Shown here: piece after piece, positions 1-15,776 of the stretch
How the letters are laid out: each line of letters begins with the position of its first letter
Numbering within the stretch: position 1 is the stretch's first letter
Origin: Nageia nagi
Taxonomy: Eukaryota > Plantae > Pinophyta
DNA length: 64,000 bases
NCBI GenBank assembly: GCA_050084985.1
Contig: JBITNC010000001.1
Span: forward strand, 97,836,001 to 97,900,000
Reading direction: 5' to 3'
Program-made: the position numbers and the translations under genes
Notes under the pieces: generated by a model
Told to the model about the DNA's origin: nothing
What the model saw: the letters and a program-made list of their open reading frames with translations, nothing else
Databases searched by the model: none

Positions 1-911
1 ACATATCTATTTTAGGTTTTATGGGTATTGTGTCACTAAAGTTCAAAGCACCCTCAAGATAGCCTACACAACAAATAAGATCAATAATGCATATATAATG
101 ATTCATCTAAGGAATAATATGTAAAATCAATCAATGTAAATTTGGTAATATGTAAAATCAATATAAATTTAGAGTTCCATGGTAGAAACTCTTGGAAGAG
201 AAGAATTATGTTGAAAATATAGTAGTGAGAGGATTGAGAGATAAATAGTTTAGAAATTGAATCATGGGGGGATGATAATTCCCTTTATTTTAGATATTTT
301 AAATAACTAAAGCATGATAGAAATAAGGTTTATGAATTTAGACCTAGAATACTTTGTAACTTTTGAAAGAATAGAGTGAAATGCAATTTGATTATTTTAT
401 TTGAGAAAAAGTTAGGAGGAATAACATATTGAAGGATGATTATAATTGTATAATTTATAAGATCTAGTTATGATAATAGAATTATTGTTTGAACCTTTCA
501 AGGCTATATAATTTTTCATTAGCTTGCAATTAATATATATTTCAATCTTATTCATAATGGTTCTTGTCTATTTTTTTCTTTTCCACTATAATTTTAGTTT
601 TCACTATATGTATATTAACATGAAATATTTATGTAATTATTTTAATTTTTGAATTCAATATTTAGCAATTTTATCCCATTAGGGATTAAGTCAACATTAA
701 ATTACTTTTATAAAACTTATAAATTTGTAAGTGGTGGTGGAGTAGATCCATAATTTTGATACTCAATTATTGATCAATCAATCTTATTTTTATTCTTATA
801 ACTAATATGAACTTAGGTTATACAACCAAAGACTTTCAAATGACTAGTATTATTCTTCTTTTAATATCATGATTATAAAGAATCATCTTATAAATAATAT
901 TTTTAGACTTA

Positions 912-953
912 CACTAGACAAAAAAAGGCTTTTGGGGTGGTTACAAACCATTG
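912..953 (+). mobile_element. Possible CACTA (En/Spm) left terminus, interrupted by the Sola2-like element; the remainder continues at about 11391-11745
   Basis: CACTAGACAAAAAAAGG at 912 is followed by GGTGGTT/AACC-type motifs that resume after 11390 (ggcagtt, taccacc, ggtggtg, agccacc, ggaggtt). No matching TAGTG end was found. Confidence 0.3.
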
Positions 954-983
954 GGGTGAGTGCAAGAAGTTAGGTCCACTTTA
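954..983 (+). repeat. Left TIR of copy A
   Basis: Inverted match to 11362-11390, 11247-11276 and 39792-39821; direct match to 27532-27561. Confidence 0.9.
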
Positions 984-2562
984 TGGCCAAAAAGTGAAAG
1001 TGTTTTCCTTTATTTTCAAGTTTGGGCAAGATTGATCTCAAAATTTGAACACTTAAATATGAAATCATGAAAAATGTCATTACTATGAAAATGTAGTGCT
1101 CAAAGTTTGGTTTTTAAATATATAATTTATTCTAATACCTAGATGATAGAAATTTAATTTTGATGGGGATGAATAAAAATAAAGTTTTAAAATATACCAT
1201 TTTAGGACCATACCATGCACATGTCCATCATGCATAATTTGATCAAAATCAAGGTATTTTTTAAAATCCTTTTAGGAATATATACCTAAGATATTGAAGC
1301 TTGTATTAGATATTTTTTTCATAATTTTTTCATGAATAGTTTTTTTATTAATTTGTTATTGGTCATGTTTGTTGTTTCAAAAAGTGCTCATGTATTTAAT
1401 GCATAATTTTACCTAAACTTAATTTTTTTCATAAAAAAAAATTATCTTTTAAAGAATTCTCTAAAGCTTGTCCCTATATAATTTTTTTCAGAATTCCTAA
1501 AAATAAAAAATTATTAAGAAAATAAGATACTATCATATTTCAAGTATATGTACCACTTTTACTAAAAAATAATTGAAAAAACATAAAATTTTATCCAATT
1601 CTAAAAAAATAGCATATTTAAAATCTACGCTCTTTAATCTATAATGAATTTTAATTTCATGAAAATAATCTACCAAAAACTTCATCAAATGTATACCCAA
1701 AGTTGAGATTTTCTATTAAAATTTCCATGAACACATACTTGCAGGTCCAAGGCTAAGGGTTGGCTCACCAAACCTTTTTTGAGCCTAAAACTAAGGCAAA
1801 ATCAAAGATTTACATATCAAGATCTTGATATTTAATGCTAAGAAAATGTATGTATTTCAATTTTAAATATCGATATCTCGAATCAAAATCAAGATCTTGA
1901 TATTTATCATTTCAAAAAGTGCTCATCTCCCTCAAGCATAATTTGACCTAAACCTATCACTTTTTTTAAGTTGTAGAGAATTATATGCAGAATGTGGATT
2001 TTTTTTTCATAATTCCCAAAAAATAAAAAGATATTAAACAATTATGAAATCCTACTTTTAAAATTTTATGGACCTTCTTTCATTGTAAATTATATTAAAA
2101 ATACTAAATCTAATCCAATTGTAAAACAAAGAGCATATTTGAAATCTCCACACTCTCATATGCAATCCTTCAAAATTTTGTGAAATAACTCTTTGAAAAA
2201 CCTCATCAAATGCATTCCCGAAGTCAAAAAATTCCATTTCCATTATTAGAATCTTGAAGTTGCAGTTCCAAAGCAAAGGGGTGGAACATTGAAGCTATTT
2301 TAAAGCCTAGAACTAAGGGAAAAAGGTCGATGAAAATTTAAATTTAAATATCGAGATCCTAAGGGTCGATATCCCAAACCTTGGGATCCCAACCCATATA
2401 TAATTATAAATTCATATAAAATTATTTTATATTTTTTATTATGTCCAATCTTGTACAAACTTGTGCAACCTAATTCTATAATTTTCTCTTCTTTTTGCAA
2501 CTTTTCATTTATTTTTTACAATTACAATAATTTTGAAGCAAGGTTAATTTTGAAAGGAGGTT

Positions 2563-5527
2563 ATGGGATCAAAAAAACATCAAGTAAGGAAATATTAGAT
2601 TAACTTTACACTTGAATAAGAACAAGCATATATAGAGAGGGATGCACAATAAAAAAGAGAGAAAAGAGCTTATTTTAGGCAATTCAGGGATGTGGAAGCA
2701 TCGAGTTCTACAGCAAATGATCTAGAGGTGAACATTCAACAGAACACTAAGGAGGAGAACATTCAAGACATGAATATAGATAATGCACATGTGGAAGTGG
2801 ATACTATGATTATACAAGCTTTAGATCCACCTATTGATATGAATCCACCAGGTATGTCTGCCAATCCACCTTTCAAAACGAATCCATTGAGTATATCTTC
2901 AAATCCACATTTAAAAGATAATGATAATATTTTTTTGAAATGGAAGGTAATATATTACATATGTTTCTTAAAGATAATATTTTATCATAGATACATATAA
3001 GAATAATTACAAGTAATATAGATGAGGAATATTTCAAAGATAAAGATTTAGGAGTTCAATGTCAACTCATATTGCAATTAATGAGAATGTCAAAAATGAT
3101 AAAGGTAATGAAAACCTTAGGAGGTAATGTGAAATCAATAAGGAAGAGGAACCCCTTAAATAAGCTATGTCTACTCTTGCTAGTGCCATTAGTTCTATTC
3201 GAAAAAAGAGTAGATTTAAAGATAAGAATGCAGCATGATGAGCTATAACAATTACTTTAGTAAGCCAAACAACCTCAAACAAAAGAAAGGTTAGTGAATT
3301 ATTTGATGTAAGTCATAAAAATGTGCAAAATACTATAAAGAGAAGATAAAGTATTGAAAGTGATCCAACTAGCCAATCTTGGAGTTATAGTGGTAGACTC
3401 CCAAGATATGACATGAAATTGACTAGCAAGATCAAGTCTATAATTGAAATATTTTGGCATGATAGAACAAGGGTATCATCATATTCTATATATATTTTGA
3501 AATTAAAACCTAGGTCAAAATATTGTGAATCTCATCCAAAACACCTACTAGATATGACTCAAACTGAATTGTAACAATTTGTAGAAGAGGGAGTGTTACA
3601 ACCATTTAATATTAAAATAAGTCAAAGATCATTTGAGAAATGAAAACTTTGGTGTGTCATAATTAATAAGGAAAGAGTACCATGTTGTTGCAAAAATCAT
3701 ATGTAGTTTTGATATTATTATGATGCTTTTCAAAACATATGTGGGAAGTTGCATACTAATGACTTGAGGTAAGAATGCGATCTTCATATACCACTTGAAT
3801 CCATCAAGGAGTTTATACCAAGTTTAGTTTTTCCACCTCCTCATGAGAAATCATTTTATTCAAATGCATGTATTACAAGACAATGAATTTGGACAACAAG
3901 ATGTGGATATTATAATATTCAAAAATTTTGAGTATAATTTGAAAGATGGAAAAACTAGAAAGCATGTTGATTTGATCATTAAAAGCATCAAAGTGCATAC
4001 ATTCATGGATGCTTTTAAGACAAAGTATCTACCAAAATATGTGAAACAATCCCAAAATGCTAGATGGCTTGATAATCAATTCCGTTAGTGTAGAAACACA
4101 TTTCCAATTGGAAATATATTATCAGTTGTTTACTTTGCTGAAAATTATAATCTTAAACCACAAGAAGAAATTCAGTCTCAATATTATAATTCAATTCAAG
4201 TTACCATTTTCATCCATATTGTATATAGACATGTAGATGATAGTACTAAAGATAATAGAAATGTTTTGAGGGAGTACCATTTCTATGTAAGTGATAATCG
4301 ATTACAATCATCAGAGTTTGTCTAATATTTTTTAATGTATTTTATAGTAATTTAGATGAAAGAGGAATTTAGATGGCAAAACATTTCATATGGTCAGATA
4401 ACTGTATGGGATAATTTAAAAATTCATGAATGTTTTATTGGAGTTGCATTCATAAAGAAAAAAATATCAAACATATATGGAGTTTTATTGAAGTAGAACA
4501 TGGTAAAGAGAGCAACTAGAATTTGGTGACACAAGTAAATTTAAATATGTTCATGATATTGTGGAATGGTGTAATACAACATTTCTACAATATCAAGTAG
4601 GCATTCTAAAATTCAACGATACTTTTGATTAGTTAAAGAAGATAATATTTCAAATTGTCTTGATTATGATACACTTAGTAGATCAGCAAAGTGGCATTCA
4701 TTTAGGAGTGCAAAAGCAAGCACTTGGACTATATGGATAAGGGAGCTTGCATGTTTTTGTGAGACTTGTATTGTAGCTAATTCCAAATCATATGGAAATA
4801 CAAAATGGGTTGAGGAATGGAAACAAATATCTTTAACACCTTCACAAGCCCATGATGATCAATAAGAAACAATAATTGAAGATAAACTATTTGTATTATA
4901 AGACTATGATCGTATTTTAGACCTTGTACAAGAAGGTAATTTTTAAATTCAATTTATTTATATTCTTGAAAATGTACACATGATTTTAATATATAAATTA
5001 TGTTATTTTTATATATTAAACACTTTAAATTGATATAAATTTGTTACAGGACATGTGTATGTTGTTGCACCTAAAGGGAATGAAGAGGGAATAGGGTATT
5101 TGCTAGCTCTATGTGTTGAGAAAAAACATAAGTTAACTTAACCTCGATGTGATGATGATGGATTTATTTATCCAATAGGTTCATATATGTGTGTTTCTCA
5201 AGTGAGCTTATTATCTACTCTCTACATATTTGTTTATACAATTTGTCATCTTTTCCAAATTTTGATAATGATGGATAAATCATGGTTGGCACATGGCTAT
5301 GAAAATATCTTACTAGGAAAGTAACTGATTTTCTTACATTATAAGATTATGAAATAAGTAAGAATATTGTACATTACTTGTATTTGATATTGGAAAAAAA
5401 TATCAAACTATTTAGATATAGAGGGAGGCCTTTGAATAAAGTGTTGTGTACCATTTTGTCGGATGACCATAAGATAATTATAGATGCATTGAAAAAAAGA
5501 GAGGATGCAGATGGTACAATGGATTGA
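2563..5527 (+). pseudogene. Sola2-type DDD transposase pseudogene (copy A) with short 3' exons
   Basis: ATG at 2563 is in frame with ORF 2692. Motifs include CCCKNH, V[D>Y]FAENYNLKPQEEIQSQYYN, EYHFYVSDN, WSDNCMG*FKN and WSFIEVEHGK. Intron from about 4937 to 5049. C-terminal MD-stop at 5525-5527. Many stops, frameshifts and internal deletions relative to copy B. Confidence 0.85.
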
Positions 5528-5580
5528 AAAATAATGGTAAGACTAAATAGTGAACTATTTGAATTTTATAAATTAAATAC

Positions 5581-5584
<4 letters not shown>

Positions 5585-5633
<49 letters not shown>
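5585..5633. repeat. (TA)n microsatellite
   Basis: Directly visible. Confidence 0.95.
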
Positions 5634-5637
<4 letters not shown>

Positions 5638-5825
5638 CATTCCCTTGCACATTTTGTTGATAGTTGTAAGGAGAGGAGTTCCACAAGTACATCACTATTT
5701 CGAATAATTGAATGATGTCTCTTGACACCACCTATCATTTTAAAAATTTGTACTTGGAAGATCATCAATATGATATATAATTTGTGACCTGTATATATTG
5801 CATGATGATATTTCATTTAAGGCTA

Positions 5826-5826
<1 letters not shown>

Positions 5827-5857
<31 letters not shown>

Positions 5858-5862
5858 TGTGT
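5827..5862. repeat. (GT)n microsatellite
   Basis: Directly visible. Confidence 0.95.
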
Positions 5863-7389
5863 GACATGTTAAGCTACCCTAAATTTTAAACCCTAAACCG
5901 TAACTACCTTATAAATTATCTAATAGTATTGACATTGCTCAATCTTACGTAGTTAAATGATCCATTGCATTAATATAAATAGTTGATTAGTTGATAACAT
6001 GTTGCATTGATACAAATAGTTGATGACATTACAATTATATATGGGTGATATTATTATTTTCATTACCTTTCCTTTATTTGTATTAATAGTCCTATTTATC
6101 TATAAGTGCATGAGAATGGGAACATTGAAGTCATAGTATGAGCATATATGTATAAGAGAATTCTAGTAGGGTATCAAACATGAATATACAAGTCTATTAC
6201 TTTATAAATAAAGATGTCAACACAAGAGAACTTTGAGTACTATCATAGATGTAATCATTATCCTTAGTTATGATATGATGAATGAATTCTTGAGTATGGG
6301 ACATATTTATAATTGTTTGTTGTTATATGAAATAACTTACCAAATTCCAACAATATATGCGTGAAACATTAAGATACATGAGCCCTAATATAAGTGAGCA
6401 ATATGCTAAATAAGAATGAATTACAGTTTTCTTGTAAATTTATTAGCTTACTATATAAATTATTATAGTTGTCTTGTATACATTCTTTGGGCATAATGTA
6501 ATGTGTGAATATTTATTTCATTTTTTATTGGCATCTCTTTTTTATATCATAGTATGGTATGCATTTTTACCTTATAATATAAGACATGAAAGTTATCTTG
6601 TACTTGGTAAAAGGCTTCTTAACTTCCCCCATTATCAATAGCTAGCTACAAAATAAGGTCTAACAAGTTGTACCTTCATAAGTAGACTAAATTTGATCCT
6701 AAAAATGAAAAGAGTACTAAAGGACTATGGGATGTATATGAGCTACCTTTAGATACTATATTTTGTATAATAAATACTATGACTTATCTAAATGTTGTAT
6801 TTCATTAAGGTTACATAAATTTCATTATGGTTATATTTCATTACTTAAGGTTGTATTTTATTCAGGTTGTTTAAATAAGTGAACATTAGGATTATTTTGT
6901 TACATACTTTACCTTAATTCATTAATTTAGGTTGTATGAACATTAATCCACATTTAAGTTGTATGTTCACATTAAATTAAAAGTAAGTTGTACATTGCCT
7001 AATCCACCTTTAAATTTGTACATTTTAAATTGTATGTCATTACTTGGTTGTATTTTGTTAAGGTAGTTTAAGTGTTTTTGAATGAACTTATATTAATTAC
7101 ATCCAAATTCAAAGTATATGAACATACATTGCCTATAAACCTTTTATTACATCCAAATATAAATAAAAATATAAATTTAAATCTCATCCATAAATTAAAC
7201 ATCTATACTAATTCACTAGGCATCAATCCATCAACATAATATACATTGCCTATCAGTTCTAATATGGAAACTAGGCATACACACATGCACTCGACAACAT
7301 GTACTAGAGTATAAAAATAATAAGAACATACATATAGTCCATGATCTAGTCCAAATGTACTCATAAAATAAAAATGGACATCTATAAAT

Positions 7390-9072
7390 CCATCCACCTA
7401 TATCGAAATAGTCCTAACTGGGTGAAGGGTCATAGTCTAGATTCCTCTTAATTCCATATGATGTATCATGTGGAACTATCTCACATTGTATAAAACAAAT
7501 AAAATTAGAGTCAGTTCAACTTAATCATTATAAATTATCATATGAAATGTATGTATAGTACATGTTTTAAAATGTATTATAAATTATCATGATATCATGT
7601 TGAGAGATTGAAGGGTAAACCATTGTAGGTTGCTTTGATATTTCATGCACCTCATGAGAAAGTAAAGGTACAATCACCATAGGTCACTTTGTTAAGTCAT
7701 GCACATCCTAAGAAAAAATGGTGTCAACCAAGCTCTACAAGAGATCAAAAGAAACTTAAAAAATTAAACTTAATCATTATAAATTTATAACCACGTTTAT
7801 ATCAAAAACTTAATCACAAAAATGCATTACAAAGTACCATGAATGGATGCTAAGAGGTTGAAGGATCAACCACTATATATTGCATATATGAGCCATGTGC
7901 TTCACTAGTAAAAGTGGTATTAGCAAAAATATCTTATACCATAAAAGTGTCATGGTCAACTTGCAAGTACATATATATAAACATTCAAATTTTATTAAAA
8001 TTTTACAATTTGATTTACACACATGCAAACTTGTTTAAACATTATAATCTACATACCATGGATGGATCAAAAGGTATCTCATGTATATGTCTACCAAGGG
8101 AATCAATATTCTTACCTCAATCACCCAAAGATGCAAATCCATGCCTATATGCCTCATGCTCAGTATCACTAAACAACAAATGCATAAATCCTACTTAAAC
8201 TGATGGTGTGGATGATTCAGGATATATCACATGGAAAACACTACATCTATGAAGTGCAAATATCCTCAAAGATATGCTAGTTCCTCTAATTCCACTGGGT
8301 CCTGATCCATCACCTATAACCTCATCGAACTTAGTTGCCATATTTGCAACTTATTCAATGAGGTTTCTCGTAAGTTGACTCAATGATCCAAGGATCAAAA
8401 CTATGGCTATATGATGGACATGTGTAGGTACATAAGCTCTAAGAGGACTAATAAGAGGTGCAACATGAGTAGGTCATCTAGGATCAATTCATGCCCCTAG
8501 CCTCTACTATGAACTACCCATACCAACACCATAAAACTCATGAATATCAATGATTAGGATTTTTCCCAATAACAAACTCCACCCATAAAAAATTAATGAA
8601 ATAAAAGGGTATGTCACTGCCACCACTATGTGTTGGAGGATAAAATACCATCCACCATTAGTCCCAAAAATGCATAGTGATCTCCTCATGCCTACACCAA
8701 AAAATAGAAATTCTCTTTTGGGTGGGTGTCATTAGTTCTTTAGTTTTGGAATTCCTAAAATATTGACCTAAATTCCATTTTGTAATTTGATAAGTCTCAT
8801 CAATTTGTCTTTGGGATAGGCCATCACTGTAATACCTCCTCCTCTCCTCTCTATGTGACTAGAAATCACTTATGCTTTGATCTATGGATGTAACTATATC
8901 AATTATGATTTCCATTAAAGTTGCAAACCTGTTGTAGTATCTCTTAAATCCTACCTTAAATAGAGGTGATGTTCTAGACTATATTTTTTCACAAGCAAGC
9001 ATCCTCAGGTAATGGGATTTCTTAAGGCTCATGGTCAAGAGGTGGGATATTTTTTGATGGATCCATGAACAT
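7390..9072 (-). pseudogene. Second transposon gene (ORF2), unknown function, copy A
   Basis: The reverse strand reads MFMDPSKNIPPLDHEP*EIPLPEDACL*KNIV...PTQKRISIFWCRHEEITMHFWD*WWMVF... and is homologous to 32022-33750 (+). An AG acceptor lies just upstream of the ATG (9091-9093). The 3' end is approximate. Confidence 0.75.
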
Positions 9073-10349
9073 GTATATACAAAAGGTCACCTGGATGAAT
9101 TAACAATAAGAAGTATAAATATAACTAGATTAAATTTAAAGAGATCTATAAGTCCTAACAATCTAGTTCAAATCTAGACAACATTAAATTGAACTAATAA
9201 TTTGATATTCGCTAAACATCCATACAAAATGGAATTTATAAAGAGTTTTAATCAAACATAACTCAACCCAATTTTGAATTCATATATCCAACTCAAGTTC
9301 AATATATAAAACTTAAAGGTTGATATAATAATAAATAACATAATGCATTCTATGAATCAATAATAACAAATTTAAAATTTGAACATCCACATGATATTAT
9401 TGATGAAAGAATAATAGAGACATTACATGAAATAATTATCCTTAAATTTAAATGTGCTCCAACATAGATCTCTTAGATCCAATCCTTAAATATATATTTC
9501 AATCTACTACATGAAATACTTATTTATACTATTATGATGTTCAGGATCATTCCTAGAAGTTATTACACCTATCTATATAAATTCCCCTTAAGAATTCCTC
9601 AATCATTAATCACTAAGCCCCATTGTTAGCCCAACAAATGATGATTGGTTTTTTGTTACCACATCATCAACTACATGAAAGATGGAAAATAGATCTAAAA
9701 TATTGAGATATAAAAATTAGCTTTTGAAACACTTTAGTTTTTAGTAATTTTTATAATCATAAGTTCCATTTTGGATCAAAAATAGTGAATCATTCCAAAG
9801 AATCCATTTAGAATACAAGTTAATGAGTCATTAATTAGTATAGGTAAAGATATTACTTCACTAGTTATAATATTTGCATCTACTTGAAGGTGCTTAAGGT
9901 ATCAAATTTGATAATTTCTTTTTATTTTCTCTACGATCTAACCTATTTTATTTTTTTTACTACTTCTAGATTATTGAGGGGAGTTAATACACATGAAACT
10001 AGATGACTATAGTAAGCTTAAAAAAGAATATAATAGTCTATAATCATCTTTGTAATACAAGGCTTAGGTCCTTCATTGAAACTTTTTATGGGTTTGATAA
10101 ACATTTATCATAACAACTCCAAACTGGGGGAAATAGGAATGTTATAGTTGGGCCATACATTTCAAGTTTTCTACTAACTTTATAGCAATTGTAATATATC
10201 TTGAAAAACTTAGGAGACTAATCAAGAGGTAAAATAAATATATAAAGTATGATGTTAAAAATTTTATAAGGATAAATTTCTCCTTTGATACAAAGAAGGA
10301 TATGAGCAACATGACCTCCCATAACCATGAAATGAATTGGTTAAAGTTT

Positions 10350-10620
10350 TAATGAGGTATATCATCATGGAATACCATAATGAGGTGGTTCTTGGCTATC
10401 ATATTTATCTTTTAAATCACTTTTGAAGGAACAAATATGTCAATTTCTCATATTTCTTAATGTATGCAAGTGTTCCCTGATAGAGATATATGCAAATATG
10501 GAGGAATACACAAGGCACAAGAATTATTTGATAAGGCGCATTATGTAGACATAATTTTATGGAATGTAATGATTGGAGTATGTGAATTCATGGCCAAAAT
10601 AAGGGTTTTCTTAACTCTTC
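10350..10620 (+). pseudogene. PLS-class PPR gene fragment inside transposon copy A
   Basis: Translations SSWNTIM, SLIEIYA and GGIHKAQELFDKAHYVDIILWNVMIG resemble the PLS-PPR consensus LIDMYAKCGSI..A.ELFD.M...DVVSWN.MI.G. Frameshifted. Confidence 0.7.
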
Positions 10621-11079
10621 CAATATGTGCCATTATGGGAGCTTCGAAGAGGGTATACACATCCCTCAAAGAGTAGTGTAAAATAGGTTTGTATATAATA
10701 TTATGGTTTTGAATACCCTAAAATAAATGTACATAAAATTTGAAATAATAAACAAGTTTTGGGAAGAAATTTTAAGTAGAAGCAATTTTCATGTGTAAAA
10801 GCACAAAATGTATATTCTAAAAAGGCCCTATAAAAGTTTAAGTAGAAGCAATTTTCATGTGTAAAAATAGACTCTATAATAATTATTTTTTACCCAAAAA
10901 AAGAGTAGATGAGAGATTCTAGGGCATACCTTGAAGAGGAAATGATGGTGGGCACAACAGGGACAAGCTGGAGGGAAAATGAACACTTCAGGTATCAGGA
11001 TCGTGGCTCCTAAAATTATAGAAATCATCAAGCTATTGGAGAAAAAGAGATGAAATGGATGGGGAAGAAGTTGCGATGG

Positions 11080-11276
11080 TTAACATCCCAACCCTTGGGA
11101 TCTCAAGGGTTGGGATCCTAACCTCTAATATCCCAACCCCTAGGATCTTGATAAGGCTCAACATCCCTAGCCTAATTGGGATCCTGATCCTATACCTAAC
11201 ATCCTAGGTTTGCATTAGAAAAATCTAACTTACATTGAGTTCCTCTAAAGTGGAACTCAACTTCTTACACCCACCC
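11080..11276 (+). repeat. Right subterminal ATCCCAA/GGATCC motif array plus inner right TIR (11247-11276)
   Basis: Reverse complement of about 27532-27765; multiple spaced ATCC(C/T)RA copies. Confidence 0.85.
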
Positions 11277-11361
11277 CTAAATTAAGATATCGATTTTAAT
11301 TTATTAAAATTAGGAACTCAATTTTTCTAACATTGAATTTTAACTTCAACCACTTCCCCTT

Positions 11362-11390
11362 TAAGTGGACTCAACTTCTTGCTTTCACCC
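11362..11390 (+). repeat. Outer right TIR of copy A
   Basis: TAAGTGGACTCAACTTCTTGCTTTCACCC, an inverted match to 954-982. Confidence 0.75.
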
Positions 11391-11744
11391 ACTACCTATT
11401 ATATTTTTTGGCAGTTATTTTCCCATCACCTATGAGATTACCACCAAAAGTTCCTTCTCTATGAAAATGGCTATACATTGTTGGTATATGGCACCAAAAA
11501 TCACTTTCTAATTTCCTACAAAGGTAGTTATAAATATCGCTCTATTAACCAATGCAATGGCTGTAACTACCATTGAACCTACCTCATTATTTTTTAAAAC
11601 TGGTGGTGTTAGCCACCTCTTTATGGATATATGGAGGTTTTAAACCATCACATAGTTATCACATTAAAAACACAAATAGAGTGTAGCCTGGAAATATTCT
11701 TCCAAATGGAAATGCTTCCAAACTATGTCATTGTTGGTTACCTA

Positions 11745-13700
<1,956 letters not shown>

Positions 13701-14619
13701 AATAATCATTTTTTTAAAAATTGAAATGGAACATAAAACTGATAGACATGTATGAAAAATGTGGAAGATACATAATGTAGACATAGTTTCATAGAATACA
13801 ATGTGGAATATGTATGATGCAGACATAGTTTCATATATATGTCTATTTATCATATGTCATAATTTATTTATATAAAGGTTCTTATATAGGCTAGGAAATG
13901 AAGGAACCCATAACATGTTCCATTATTTTCATCTCATCATTATGTATATACAACAAGACATCTACTTGGGAATCATATATTTTTTTATGTTTGACTAAGT
14001 ATTATAGGTCACGAAAAGAAGGAGCCCACAACATGTTCCATTTTTTTGGGAACTTGAAATATTTTTATCATTTCAAGTTTTTAAAGTTGAGGGATTGAAG
14101 GATAAAGGTGCATTTAGATCATTTCATATCATATATATAGTGCACTTAGCATTTGGTGTATTGGCGAGACCAGAGAGATGAGGCTAGACTAGATGAGGGG
14201 AGACATAGTGAGACCAAAGGAGATGAGGAAAGATGAGGGGAGACATGGCATAAATTATTTCTCTTCATATTTTATTCCTATATCTATAGAAAAAAATCAT
14301 TTATGAATGTCATATGGTACAGTTGTAATTGGCTTCTCATATTGCAAACTCTATAGTTTTAATATATAGTTTAAGAATCTAGGTTGGTTGTGTGGTAATA
14401 TAATGAATAATGCTAAAGCATAATGTGATATATATTTTGAGAGCTTGTAAATGTAGCTAGCTCTAACTTTTCTAATTCATGATATTTTGTACAAGTTACG
14501 TAGGAGAAAAGACATCTAACCTTTATATCTTATTGTTCTTATTGTAGAGGTAAGCAACATAGCGTATCAAATAGGATAATGCACATAGAATTATTAATAG
14601 ATAGCATTGATTAAAAATT

Positions 14620-15776
14620 ATGTGTGATGGTCCAAATTTAATTTCAATCATAAACTAGCAAACTGGGACCATCAAACCCTGATGTCAAGTCTAGGGCATC
14701 TAATACACACATTCAAACCCTCAAGTATGCAACATTAGGGTTAGAGCATTAACATTAAACATTTAGATACCCAAAATGCCAACACCTAAGTATAACATGT
14801 AAGATCCAATGATTAACACATCTATACACCAATGTCTAGCATTTGCAATCATACAACATTGAATAGCACATCAGAATTCCAATGTCTAGCTCATACATGT
14901 ATAATGAACATAAATAACCTAATGCAAGCATAAGTATGAAATATATAAACATAATACTGAGATCCAAAGCCCTTTGTATGTATATGAAATATATATAATG
15001 AATGTTATACAATACTAAGCCCAATGGGCATTTGTTGGCCTCAAGGGAGCCAACTAGGGCACAAAACTCTATAATATACAATGTTGAATAGTTATAGAAC
15101 CATAGGATAGATTCACTCCCTCAGATCTTGAATTCTATCCATTGAAGGAGCCCTCCTTGAAACCTGGATAACCACTAAAGGTAGAAGTAAACCCTTACAA
15201 TGCCATCAGATGGACAAGGTGCTCCACCTATGTCGTAGATAATCAGGATCCCACTACTTGACTACCCTCTAGATGCTCCACGTAGGAATGGAATGCTTAG
15301 CATTGCTAATACTTTGTATCCAAAAGAATGTAATAGAAGTAATGTGTAATAATGGTTGTTCAATACTAAATCTCTAATGTTTATTTATACATTGCTTGTG
15401 TCTAGAACTCACCTAGGAGTCATCCCAAGATCATCTAAACCAACGTTGGGTATTTGGGGGGGCCAATCACTCAAAATGCCAATGTGGTAGTCATGATCAC
15501 TTATAATGCCAACGTGAGGGTCATGATCACATATTATGCCAACATGGGAGTCATGGAGTCCTCAAGAGCCAACATGGGGGTATGGGGTCCTCCCTAGTGT
15601 GGCATTGGTATGTTGGTTATCATGCAATACTCTAATGCATAAACATACCTTAGGATTCCCACAACCTAGGATCTCCAATGCAACACATACCTAATCTACT
15701 ACTCAAGAGGGAGACATCCCACTTGGGGCTCATAGTGGGGTCCATGAGATCCCTTAAACTCCTATATTGAGTTACA
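14620..15776. mobile_element. Probable LTR-retrotransposon LTR fragment
   Basis: TG...GTTACA termini and internal GCCAAC(A/G)TG repeats. No convincing TSD. Confidence 0.3.

Larger units (their letters stand above)
954..11390 (+). mobile_element. Sola2-like DNA transposon, copy A (composite, decayed)
   Basis: Left TIR GGGTGAGTGCAAGAAGTTAGGTCCACTTTA at 954. Right TIRs end at 11276 and 11390. Homologous to copy B over the transposase, ORF2 and subterminal regions. Flanks ATTG (950-953) and ACTA (11391-11394) fit a deaminated 4-bp TSD. Confidence 0.85.

Noticed and set aside
954-11276. Simple element from 954 to the inner TIR at 11276
   Set aside because: The flanks ATTG and CTAA do not form a TSD and the TIR cores differ. 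The 11390 end fits better.
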